Shown: positions 9,579 through 18,812 of the stretch, one piece after another
How positions within the stretch are numbered: the first letter of the stretch is position 1
How the letters are laid out: every line of letters begins with the position of its first letter
NCBI GenBank assembly: GCA_036269355.1
Contig: DATASC010000100.1
Span: 1,474 to 65,473, forward strand
Origin: Candidatus Cybelea sp.
GTDB lineage: Bacteria > Vulcanimicrobiota > Vulcanimicrobiia > Vulcanimicrobiales > Vulcanimicrobiaceae
Length of the DNA: 64,000 bases
Reading direction: 5' to 3'
The notes under the pieces: model-generated
The model's database searches: none
What the model was told of the DNA's origin: nothing
Seen by the model: the letters and a program-made list of their open reading frames with translations, nothing else
Position numbers and translations under genes: made by a program

Positions 9579-10881
9579 ACGCAATACCTGCCGCAAGCGA
9601 AGAAGCGCCTCCATACGAGGCGGTGCCGTAGAGCGTCCCGTCGTTCGCGACGAAAAGGCCGCCGTCCGGATAGGCGCCCTTCGACCCGTTCGGAAACGCC
9701 AACAGCACGCGCTCGCTTCCCGACGGCGTTACCTCAAAAACGGTTCCGTCGCTGCTCGGCGTTCCGCCGTACTCGGTCGTGCCGTAGAACGCTCCTTTCC
9801 TTCCAACCGCCAACGGATAGAGCGGATAGCTTCCGTCGCCGGTAGCGCCGAAACTGTGCAGCGTTCGCTCCGAGTATCCCGTCCCGGAAGGCTTTAGCGC
9901 GAACATTGCGCCGGCGTTCCGCTTTCCGCCGTATTGACCGAGCCCGTAGAACGTGCCACCCGCGCCGGCGATCAACCCGGCGAACGGATTCGCCGCGTCG
10001 CCGCCGGCCATTCCCGTGAACCAGTAGATCGCGTGAAGGTGGTACGTGCCCCCTTGCGGATCGAGCTCGTAGACCGTCCCGCAACCCGTATTGATCGGCG
10101 CTCCGCCGCACGACGGATTCCCGCCACCGGTCGCCGCGGTACCGAAGAGCTTATCGCCTGCAAAGATCGGCGGCGAACCGGGAGTCGCTCCGTCGCGACC
10201 ACCGCTAAACCGGTACAGTATTCGCTCGGTATATTTCTTTTCCGAATGCTGCAGCTCAAAGACGACGCCGCATCCCGCTCCGGTGTTACACTGCGAACCG
10301 CCCCCGCCGCCCAGCAAAGTCGCGCCGAAGAGATTGCCCGCGCCATCGATCGTGAGACCGCCGAACGGGGCGTCGCCATCTTGCGCCCCTGCGAAACTAT
10401 GCAGCAGCGCCTCTTTGTACGACTTTCCCGACCGCGTGAGCTTGAAGATCGTTCCGAGGCCGAACGCACCGCCGTACTCCGTCGTGCCGTAGAGCACGCC
10501 GTTTGCGTCGGAGACCACGCCTCCGTTCGGCCCGTTCCCATCTTTGCCGCCCTGGAATTCGTAGAGCACGCGATGTGAGTAGCCATGCTGTATCGGCATC
10601 AGCTCGAACACGGTACCGCACCCCGCATTGAACGTGCAGCCGTAGATGCCGCCGTACGCGGTCGTGCCGTAGAAAGCGCCGCGCTTATCCGCGATCATCG
10701 TACCCTGCGGACTCGCTCCGTCGCTGCCACCTTGAAAGTTATAGATTACGTGCTCGCGCGTGCCCGCACCGCGAATCGCAGAAGCGATCGAACCCGGCAG
10801 GTTCGGAAGTCCGCCGGGGGACGCGCAGGCGGCAACCGCGAGCGCCAAGGTTAAGGCCGCAATCCGAAATGCGAATCGCAT
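9568..10881 (-). CDS. GloVer tandem-repeat (choice-of-anchor type) lipoprotein
   Basis: ORF 9568..11010 trimmed to ATG 10881. Lipobox VAAC. Seven repeats of the form G.(L/F)YGTT.YGG......GT(V/I)F.L. Confidence 0.8.
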   Translation of the reverse strand: MRFAFRIAALTLALAVAACASPGGLPNLPGSIASAIRGAGTREHVIYNFQGGSDGASPQGTMIADKRGAFYGTTAYGGIYGCTFNAGCGTVFELMPIQHGYSHRVLYEFQGGKDGNGPNGGVVSDANGVLYGTTEYGGAFGLGTIFKLTRSGKSYKEALLHSFAGAQDGDAPFGGLTIDGAGNLFGATLLGGGGGSQCNTGAGCGVVFELQHSEKKYTERILYRFSGGRDGATPGSPPIFAGDKLFGTAATGGGNPSCGGAPINTGCGTVYELDPQGGTYHLHAIYWFTGMAGGDAANPFAGLIAGAGGTFYGLGQYGGKRNAGAMFALKPSGTGYSERTLHSFGATGDGSYPLYPLAVGRKGAFYGTTEYGGTPSSDGTVFEVTPSGSERVLLAFPNGSKGAYPDGGLFVANDGTLYGTASYGGASSLAAGIAFTL

Positions 10882-10911
10882 GCCTCGTTCTCTTCCGGCA
10901 GGCCGGGGTTC

Positions 10912-11808
10912 GTGCCTCGTCGCGCGAAGCCAGGCGCCGTGAACCGGCGCTGCGCATCGATCGCTTTGCTCGCTCTCGCGCTGCCGGTATCCGCCCCTTA
11001 TCGGGCGCAAGCCGATCCGATCGCAACGCCGTCGCCGAGGCCCACGCCTTCGGATCCGTGCGGCGGCTCGACGCGTCTCCTAGCCACGGCCAACCGGCCA
11101 ACCGTTGGTTTCAGCGCCTGCGCGGTCGCGAAGGGCACGGCGGCCTTCGAGCTCGGCTATCAAAACCAAGTCAATGGCACGCCTGACGGCGGCTCGGTGC
11201 AGAGCCAAGTGCCGCAAAATTTCCTACGCGTCGGGATCGTATCGCGCTTCGAGCTCGACGTGATCGGCCCGAACTACATCGCGACGCGCACGTATCAGCC
11301 AAACGTGCCGAGTATGGTGACACACGGCGTCGCCGATTCGGGATTAGGTTTCAAGTACGAGCTTCCGCCATCGGGGAAATGGATCGTCGCCTTCGACGGA
11401 CTCTATACCGGCCCGAACGGATCGCCGTTTCTAACGGCGGCCAGCGCCACGCTTACGGGGAACCTCGACGCAGCGTACGCCTTGAGCAACTCGGCGGGCA
11501 TCGGAACGACGATTGCCGTCTCGTCCACCGGCGGGTTTGAGAACGGAGAGCGCATTCAGTACGGCCTCGTCGAGCCCTCGGTCGTCTTGACGAAACAGAC
11601 TCCCGATAAGTTTCAGTTCTACGCGGAGTACGTGTTCGTTTCGAAGGTAGCGCCTGACGCCGGCGGCCGCGCATTCACCGATTTCGGCGTTCAAAAACTT
11701 CTCGGAACGAACGTGGAGGTCGACGTCGAATACGGCCACGCTTTTACCGGCGATCCGGCGCTGCGCTTCAACTACATCGGCTCCGGCCTCGTATTGCAGC
11801 TCTGGTAG
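10912..11808 (+). CDS. putative outer-membrane beta-barrel protein (MetA-pathway/transporter-like)
   Basis: Signal peptide IALLALALPVSAPYRAQA, alternating hydrophobic strands, and a C-terminal aromatic end LVLQLW. An alternative start is GTG 10939. Confidence 0.55.
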   Translation: MPRRAKPGAVNRRCASIALLALALPVSAPYRAQADPIATPSPRPTPSDPCGGSTRLLATANRPTVGFSACAVAKGTAAFELGYQNQVNGTPDGGSVQSQVPQNFLRVGIVSRFELDVIGPNYIATRTYQPNVPSMVTHGVADSGLGFKYELPPSGKWIVAFDGLYTGPNGSPFLTAASATLTGNLDAAYALSNSAGIGTTIAVSSTGGFENGERIQYGLVEPSVVLTKQTPDKFQFYAEYVFVSKVAPDAGGRAFTDFGVQKLLGTNVEVDVEYGHAFTGDPALRFNYIGSGLVLQLW

Positions 11809-11815
11809 CGTCGTG

Positions 11816-12514
<699 letters not shown>

Positions 12515-12521
12515 TACCTTT

Positions 12522-13784
12522 TTAGCGGAGCGTGAGCGTGGACTGGCCCGAATAGGTCGAAGTGTCGGAAACGATGACGGTGTCGCCGGCCTGCAGTCCC
12601 GAGAGGACCGCGACGCGATCGACCGATCCCCGCCCTAACCGGACTTGCACCAGCTTTGCGCGCGAGGTACCGGGAACGACGCGATAAAGCTCGATGGTGG
12701 AGTTATCCGCGGCGCCGGCCGGTCGCGCGATGGAGACTGCGTTTGGAATTCGCGACACGACGATCGTCGCGTTCACGTTGAGCGACGGGCGCGCCCCGGG
12801 CGGCAGCGCGCGATGCAGCGCGACGTCGATCGCGACGCTTCCATTGTTCGCCGCCGGCGCGATGCGCTCGATTCTTCCTTCGACCGTTCCGTTTCCGGTG
12901 TCGACGGTACATGGCATCCCAACGAAAACGTCGCGCACCTGCGTCTCCGGGACTTGGAGAACGGCCTTCAACGTTCGGGTATCGGCGACCGTCGCGATCT
13001 CGGCTCCCGAGTCGAGGCGGACGCCGGGATCGACCGCGACGGTTTGAACGATTCCCGGCGAGACCGCGCGCACGGTTAGCGCGGCGGCCTCGGCCTGCTT
13101 CGCGGCGAGCACCGCGCGTGCGTTATCTACTTCGGCCTGCGCCGCAGCGACGCGAGCACCTTGATCTGCCGCGTCGACGTCAATCTGCGAACGGCTGATC
13201 GCGAACTCGTGCTGCGACTGAATTTGCTTGATCTTCGCGATTTGGTAGGCGGCATCGGCCACGTACCCGTTACGATGCAGCTCGTCCGCGGTGCCGAAGT
13301 TCGTCGCGTCGACCTCCATTTGCGCTTGCGCGGCGGCGAGCGCCGATCGCTGCGCGAGCGCCGATGCCTGCAGCTGTGCCCGCGCGCTGCGCAGTTGCGC
13401 CTCGGCAACCTGCACCGCGGAAGCCGCCTGAACGAGCGAGGCTTGCGAGTCGGGGTCCTGCATTCGGGCAACGACGTCGCCGGGAGCGAGCACCGCTCCA
13501 GGTTTGACCTCGACGCTCTGCACCACGCCGGGTTCGATCGCGTCGACGACGCGCACGTCTTCCGCCGAGAGCGCGCCGGCGGCCGCGATCGAGATCGTAA
13601 GTGCGCCTTGTCGCGCGGCGTCGGTGACGACCGTCGATCGGTCCACCACCGGTCCCGCCGTGCTCGGAGGGAACAGCAGCGCGGCCGCGATAACCGCAGC
13701 GACGGCCACTGCGCCGACCAGTCCTCCAACGAAGTACCGCGTCCGTCGCGGCGCGGCGGAGCGCCGCACGTCCATAGCGTTCAT
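12522..13784 (-). CDS. HlyD/MacA-family periplasmic adaptor (membrane fusion protein)
   Basis: N-terminal TM, a long Ala/Gln-rich coiled coil (QVAEAQLRSARAQLQASALAQ...), and C-terminal beta domains. ATGA overlap with the permease stop. Confidence 0.85.
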   Translation of the reverse strand: MNAMDVRRSAAPRRTRYFVGGLVGAVAVAAVIAAALLFPPSTAGPVVDRSTVVTDAARQGALTISIAAAGALSAEDVRVVDAIEPGVVQSVEVKPGAVLAPGDVVARMQDPDSQASLVQAASAVQVAEAQLRSARAQLQASALAQRSALAAAQAQMEVDATNFGTADELHRNGYVADAAYQIAKIKQIQSQHEFAISRSQIDVDAADQGARVAAAQAEVDNARAVLAAKQAEAAALTVRAVSPGIVQTVAVDPGVRLDSGAEIATVADTRTLKAVLQVPETQVRDVFVGMPCTVDTGNGTVEGRIERIAPAANNGSVAIDVALHRALPPGARPSLNVNATIVVSRIPNAVSIARPAGAADNSTIELYRVVPGTSRAKLVQVRLGRGSVDRVAVLSGLQAGDTVIVSDTSTYSGQSTLTLR

Positions 13785-16366
13785 TCGCAGCGCAACGCGA
13801 CCGCAGGATCGACCCGCGTCGCGCGGATCGCAGGACGCGCAGCAGCGGCGACGGCGCTCGCGAGCAGCAGCGCGATGACGAGCGCGAACGTCTCGGGGTC
13901 GAAGGGCGAAAGCTGGTAAAGCTGTGACTCGATGACGCGCGCGCCGGCCGCGGCGATCGCGATGCCGATGGCGATCCCAAGCCCGGTAACCGCGAGCGCG
14001 CGGCCGAGGACGTCGAGGACGATGTCGCGCGCCGCCGCGCCGAGCGCGATCCGTATTCCGAACTCGCGGTAGCGCTGCGTTACGCTGTAGGAGACGACGC
14101 CGAATATTCCCGAGAGCGCCAGCAGCAGCGCGATCGCGGCCAGCGTCCCGAGCAAGCTCACCGCGGAGCGCGCGTGTGCGGTCTCTCCGGCGAAAAGATC
14201 GGCATACGATTGCGGTACCGGCGGAGCCATCAGCGGGTCGACCGCATTGGCAATGCGCGCCAGCTCCGCAGTCAGCCCTGCGCGGCTCAAGTGCGCGCTG
14301 CGAACGTCGAGCGAGAAGAAGTCGATCGGCGTCTGTGTGAGCGGCACGTAATACGTGGCCCGCATCGCCCTCGCGAGATTGTCCCGCGTGTCGCGGACGA
14401 CCCCGACGACCATGCGCGTCGCGCGGCCCGTACCGTCCACGCCGGCAGTCTGCAGCCGCATGCCGACGGCGTCTCCGTTCGGCGCGTAGAGTCGCTCGAA
14501 CGTCTCGTTGACGATTGCGATGGGCAGCGAGTCGCTCCTATCGTTTGCGGAAAACGCGCGGCCGCGCAGCAGCGGAATGCCCATCGTGTCGAAGTAGCCC
14601 GGCGAGATCGCGTTCATCGAAGCGACCGGTTCCGAGCCCGGCGCGAAGTGCCGCCCGATGATTCCGAAGTCGAATCCGAAATGGATCCCCGAAAGCGGAT
14701 AGTTTAGGCCTAACGCCGCGGAGTCGACGCCGGGGAGCGACTGCGCCGCAGCGAGAAATCGGTCGTGAAAGCTCGTTCGATCGCGTAACGCGGGAAAGCG
14801 CGACGACGGGAGCGAGATCTGCGAGCTCACCCAGAGGCCGTTCTGGCGAATTCCAATGTCGCTTTGGGTCATCAGATAATAACTGCGAAGCATCAAGCCG
14901 GTGAGTGCGACCAGCGCAAGTGCCAGTGAGACCTCGACCACGACCAAGGCCGAGCGCGTTGAATTGCTCGCCGACGAGTCGGCCCGGCCGGCCGCATTGA
15001 GGACCGGCGCTACGTCGGGGCGAGCGCACGCGCGCATCGGCCAAAATCCGGCGAGGATCGTCGTCGCGATGACGACGACCAGGGCGTACGCCAGCGCCGA
15101 ACCGTCGACGGAGATCGAGTCGGCGCGGGGAAATCCCGCGAGCGCCGGACGCAAGAACGCGATCGAAACGTAGGCGAGCGCGACGCCGGCGACTCCACCG
15201 ATCGTCGCCAGGAGACCGGTTTCCGCAAGCAGCTGGGTCGCGAGCCGCCGGCTGGACGCGCCGAGCGCCGAACGCAACGCGAACTCGCGGTCGCGCGCCG
15301 ACGCGGCGGCTAGCACGATGTTGGAGACGTTCGCGCAAGTGATGATCAAGATGCCGAGCGCCGCGCCGAAGACCGTCCACAGCGCCATCCTGAAGTCGCC
15401 GAGCACGGCGTCTTCGAGCGGCCGTACGTGATATACGAGCGACGCTTCCACCGGATAGAGACGCTGCAGCCGCAGCGAGACCAATTTGAGCTCGGCGTTT
15501 GCGGCGGCGATCGTCGCGCCCGGCCGCAAACGCGCGATCGTCCCGATGTATTGAGCGCCTCGCGTGCTCGGCAGAGCGACGTCCGGCTGCACGTCCATAT
15601 AGTCCGGCGCAACGAGCCGGCCTTCGTCGGGTATCGGAACCTTGAAATCCGCCGGCGCGACGCCGACGATTTGATAAGAGGTTCCGTCGAGCACGACCGG
15701 CTTTCCAACGATGTCGCCGCCGGCGCCGAAGTGCGAGCGCCATAGCCGGTCGGAAATGACGATCGGATGCGCGCCCTTCGCCTCGTCGGCCGCGCCGAAG
15801 AACCGCCCGAGTTCGGGCCTGACGCCCAAAGCGGCGAAGAGCGGAGGCGTTACGTCTAAACCGTCGAGCGCGAGCGGCCGGCCGGTGCCGGTAAGGGTCG
15901 CCTGATTACGAACGACTCCGCCGACGTCGCTTAGCGTTCCCGCCTGCTTGCCGAAATCTGCGATCTCGGGTACGGAAAGGTCGGCGGCGAGCGCGGACGT
16001 TTTGGTGTTGACGTAGCGGAAGACGACGAGCCTTCCGGGATCGTTATAGGGAAGCGGTTTGAGCAGCACGGAGTTCAACACCGAAAAGACGGCAACGTTC
16101 GCGCCGATGCCAAGCGCGAACGTGAGCGAAACGATGAAGACGAAGAGCGGCATACGCGCGAGCCGGCGCGCGGCGTACGCGATGTCGTTGGCAAACAAGC
16201 CCAGCCGCATGCGTAATCCGCTGGCGGCGATATCGAACGCCGCCGTCATCGTTGCCGCATTCGACTCTTCCACGTCGCCGAGAATCTCGCGGCGGTAGAC
16301 TCGCCGAAAATCCGGGGGATAGGCGAACAGCGCGAGATCGAGCAACAGCCGCCGCCCGGCGCTCAT
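13781..16366 (-). CDS. duplicated FtsX/MacB-type ABC permease (ADOP-like)
   Basis: ORF 13781..16747 trimmed to ATG 16366 (ATGA overlap with PadR stop). 861 aa with two FtsX-like 4-TM blocks, each preceded by a large periplasmic domain. The N-terminal PDFRRVYRREILGDV region is typical of this family. Confidence 0.88.
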   Translation of the reverse strand: MSAGRRLLLDLALFAYPPDFRRVYRREILGDVEESNAATMTAAFDIAASGLRMRLGLFANDIAYAARRLARMPLFVFIVSLTFALGIGANVAVFSVLNSVLLKPLPYNDPGRLVVFRYVNTKTSALAADLSVPEIADFGKQAGTLSDVGGVVRNQATLTGTGRPLALDGLDVTPPLFAALGVRPELGRFFGAADEAKGAHPIVISDRLWRSHFGAGGDIVGKPVVLDGTSYQIVGVAPADFKVPIPDEGRLVAPDYMDVQPDVALPSTRGAQYIGTIARLRPGATIAAANAELKLVSLRLQRLYPVEASLVYHVRPLEDAVLGDFRMALWTVFGAALGILIITCANVSNIVLAAASARDREFALRSALGASSRRLATQLLAETGLLATIGGVAGVALAYVSIAFLRPALAGFPRADSISVDGSALAYALVVVIATTILAGFWPMRACARPDVAPVLNAAGRADSSASNSTRSALVVVEVSLALALVALTGLMLRSYYLMTQSDIGIRQNGLWVSSQISLPSSRFPALRDRTSFHDRFLAAAQSLPGVDSAALGLNYPLSGIHFGFDFGIIGRHFAPGSEPVASMNAISPGYFDTMGIPLLRGRAFSANDRSDSLPIAIVNETFERLYAPNGDAVGMRLQTAGVDGTGRATRMVVGVVRDTRDNLARAMRATYYVPLTQTPIDFFSLDVRSAHLSRAGLTAELARIANAVDPLMAPPVPQSYADLFAGETAHARSAVSLLGTLAAIALLLALSGIFGVVSYSVTQRYREFGIRIALGAAARDIVLDVLGRALAVTGLGIAIGIAIAAAGARVIESQLYQLSPFDPETFALVIALLLASAVAAAARPAIRATRVDPAVALRCE

Positions 16367-16713
16367 CCCTGCACCGCGACGAGCAGCTTGTGCGACCGCG
16401 CGAGGCGGACGAGCTCGTTCATCCGCTGCGCCTCGGCCTGCGCCACGCGCCGGCCGAGTGCGGAGAGACGATAGAGTCTGCGCCGCGCATCGCTGCCGTC
16501 CTCGCCATCCATCTCCAGGATCCATCCGTCGACGAGCATCTGCCGAATTAGCGGGTAGAGCGTGCCCGGCGTGAGACGGATCATTCCGTCCGTCTCGGCC
16601 TCGATCGCCTTGGCGATCGCGTAGCCGTGGCGCTCCTCGCCCGCGATCGCGAGCAGCACGTGAAACGCCTTGGGATTGAGGGGCAACAGATCGCGAACGT
16701 CGCTCTTGGGCAT
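16363..16713 (-). CDS. PadR-family transcriptional regulator
   Basis: LLPLNPKAFHVLLAIAGEERHGYAIAKAIE...TLYPLIRQMLVDGWI. ATG 16713 is preferred over track TTG 16731 because a GGAGG lies 11 nt upstream of it. Confidence 0.88.
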   Translation of the reverse strand: MPKSDVRDLLPLNPKAFHVLLAIAGEERHGYAIAKAIEAETDGMIRLTPGTLYPLIRQMLVDGWILEMDGEDGSDARRRLYRLSALGRRVAQAEAQRMNELVRLARSHKLLVAVQG

Positions 16714-16726
16714 AATATGCTCGACC

Positions 16727-16755
16727 TCCAATATATTGGAAATACAATATATCAG
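16727..16755 (-). promoter_or_regulatory. AT-rich palindrome/direct repeats upstream of PadR operon (candidate operator/promoter)
   Basis: Perfect 14-bp palindrome TCCAATATATTGGA at 16727-16740. CAATATAT is repeated at 16729 and 16745. This is the only AT-rich patch in the 55-bp gap upstream of padR. Confidence 0.5.
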
Positions 16756-16768
16756 GCGAAGCGAAAAA

Positions 16769-17905
16769 TCAAGGTCTAGTAGCTACGGGATCCCTCGCGC
16801 ATTTTGGAGTGCGGGCGTGCGGCGGCGGCACGTAAGGATCGTGGGGCGTGTAGAAATCGCGTAGCGGCCGGCGTCCGTCGACCGTCACGTCGTACGTCGG
16901 CTCGCTCCCACACCACGTGCGAAAGTCGAAGGTATCGCCTTGGTGCTCGAGCTTCGTGACGGTGAGCGTACCTGAGACGAAGGGCGCGCCGCCGACGATT
17001 TGCTTTGCCGGGCCGCCCCGCATCAAGAACGCCGAGCCTCCTTTGCCCTGCAGCAGGAGCGTGCCAATTCCGTCCTTGTCGACGACGATTCCGCTCGCTT
17101 CGTCCACGCCGATTCCCAGCACGGTCTGCCGCGGTCGCCGGACTCTCCCGTCGGCGATTTGGCGCGCCATGAAGACTGCCGTTCTGCCGAAACGGTTGCG
17201 CGTGACGAAGTGCATGTCGGCGAGCGCATCGTGCAACGGAGCAAAGTTCAGAAAGTCGTATGTGAAGCTGACGAGCTTTTCGAACGGATGGTGAACGGCG
17301 TTGCGCGTGTTGGCATCCCGGCCGATGTCGTGCAACGCGTCGAAGACGTACTTGCCGAGAATCGCCTCTCCGGCGCTCGTACCGCCGACGACTCCACCCT
17401 CGTCGTAGACGTACTGCACGGCCGGCTCGATCGGCGTTCTCTTCCAAATGACGTAGTCGGCCTGATCGCCTCCGGCAAAGAAGATCGCCGAGGAGCGCTC
17501 GACGATCGCCGCCGCTTCGCGCAGCGTATATGGCGACGAACAGACCGGGAGCAGCAGCGTGCGAACGGAGTGATAGGGTGCGAGGCGATAGATGTACCGG
17601 TCGTAGTCGTTGTTGCCCGTCGCGCGCAAAACGACGAGATCGCCGCCACGCCGCGCGTGCGAACCGACGATCGTGTCTTGAATCCAGACGAACTCGCCGT
17701 CGACGTCGGTTCCTCCACCGCCGAGCACGAGACCGGGACCGTGCAGCTCGATGCGTTGAGGTTTCGGCGCGCCGACGGGGCGATAGAAGATTGGCTTGCA
17801 GTGGGCCGGCGCCCGCCAAGTCGCCATCGCCGGCTGCGACGTGCTGACGGGGTACGACCCGGCGCAGCCGGAGAGCAACGCACCCAGGACGAAGACTCGG
17901 CGCAT
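16769..17905 (-). CDS. peptidase S51 (cyanophycinase-like) lipoprotein
   Basis: ORF 16769..17980 trimmed to ATG 17905 (alternative ATG 17932). Lipobox LLSGC. FFAGGDQADY and GVVGGTSAGEAILG (nucleophile-elbow Ser) are present. Confidence 0.78.
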   Translation of the reverse strand: MRRVFVLGALLSGCAGSYPVSTSQPAMATWRAPAHCKPIFYRPVGAPKPQRIELHGPGLVLGGGGTDVDGEFVWIQDTIVGSHARRGGDLVVLRATGNNDYDRYIYRLAPYHSVRTLLLPVCSSPYTLREAAAIVERSSAIFFAGGDQADYVIWKRTPIEPAVQYVYDEGGVVGGTSAGEAILGKYVFDALHDIGRDANTRNAVHHPFEKLVSFTYDFLNFAPLHDALADMHFVTRNRFGRTAVFMARQIADGRVRRPRQTVLGIGVDEASGIVVDKDGIGTLLLQGKGGSAFLMRGGPAKQIVGGAPFVSGTLTVTKLEHQGDTFDFRTWCGSEPTYDVTVDGRRPLRDFYTPHDPYVPPPHARTPKCARDPVATRP

Positions 17906-18812
17906 GCGCCGTCTGTTCACCGTCGCAGCCATTCTCGCATGCGCCGCCTGTTCGAGCGGCTCGCAACTCGCGACGCCCACGCTAAACTCGCCGTCCGACT
18001 CCGCGACGAGTGCGTTGCGCGGCTGGCCTGCGGCCGCGAAGAAGCCGATCCTTTTCGTGGCCGACCTGCAAAATAACGTGGTCCATCTTTACGATCCCAA
18101 TACGCCCAATCCACAGCCTGAAGTCTCGATCACCGACGGAATCCTCCAGCCCACCGGTCTTGCAGTCGATGCCAAGGGCACGCTTTACGTAAACAACGTC
18201 GGCTACAATCACAACGGGATCGCCGTCTACGCGCCGGGCCAAACAAAGCCGAAGATGTTTATCAAGACGTCGGGGTACTACGGCATCGCGCTCGACTCGA
18301 AGGGCGACATCTTCGCGACCAGCGTCGGCGGAAGCGTCTACGGCTACAAGCCCGGTGCGAAGAAGCCGTTCGAGACCATCGGCGGCTTCGTCAATCCGGT
18401 CGGTATCGCGATCGACAGTAAGAACAACATCTGGGTAGCCGACGACAGCCTCAGCAAAGTCTTCACGATTCCGGCGGGAACGAAGACCGTCAAAAATGCG
18501 GCACTCGTTGGATTGAACGATCCCGACGGCCTCTGCTTCGGGACCGGCGACGTACTCTACGTTGGGAATTACGGTGCCTCCACGTCGTTCGTAACGCTAT
18601 ACCATCAGGGCTCGAAGAAGCCGTTCGCCAAGATCAGCGACGGGATCTCCGCGCCGACGCTCAACGGCATCACCGCGTCGGACATTTTCTTCCAATCGAA
18701 TCAAACGACCAACGTCGTCGGCTACAAAAAGGGTTCGAAGAAACCGTTTTCGACGATCACCGGCAACGGCGATCCGCTCGGCATCGCATCCTGGCCGCTC
18801 GTCAAGAAATAG
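17904..18812 (+). CDS. NHL-repeat beta-propeller lipoprotein
   Basis: ORF 17796..18812 trimmed to ATG 17904. Signal MRRLFTVAAILACAAC. Repeats PTGLAVDAKGTLYVNN, YYGIALDSKGDIFAT and PVGIAIDSKNNIWVAD. Confidence 0.8.
   Translation: MRRLFTVAAILACAACSSGSQLATPTLNSPSDSATSALRGWPAAAKKPILFVADLQNNVVHLYDPNTPNPQPEVSITDGILQPTGLAVDAKGTLYVNNVGYNHNGIAVYAPGQTKPKMFIKTSGYYGIALDSKGDIFATSVGGSVYGYKPGAKKPFETIGGFVNPVGIAIDSKNNIWVADDSLSKVFTIPAGTKTVKNAALVGLNDPDGLCFGTGDVLYVGNYGASTSFVTLYHQGSKKPFAKISDGISAPTLNGITASDIFFQSNQTTNVVGYKKGSKKPFSTITGNGDPLGIASWPLVKK

Noticed and set aside
13781-16747. Long N-terminal extensions in the ORF track (also 2065..3417, 43737..46457, 147..1355, 3794..4831, 49126..50394, 36480..37133)
   Set aside because: The extensions are low-complexity and overlap the preceding real gene. 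Internal ATG/GTG/TTG codons forming 1-4 nt overlaps with the upstream stop, or giving proper signal peptides, are better starts.
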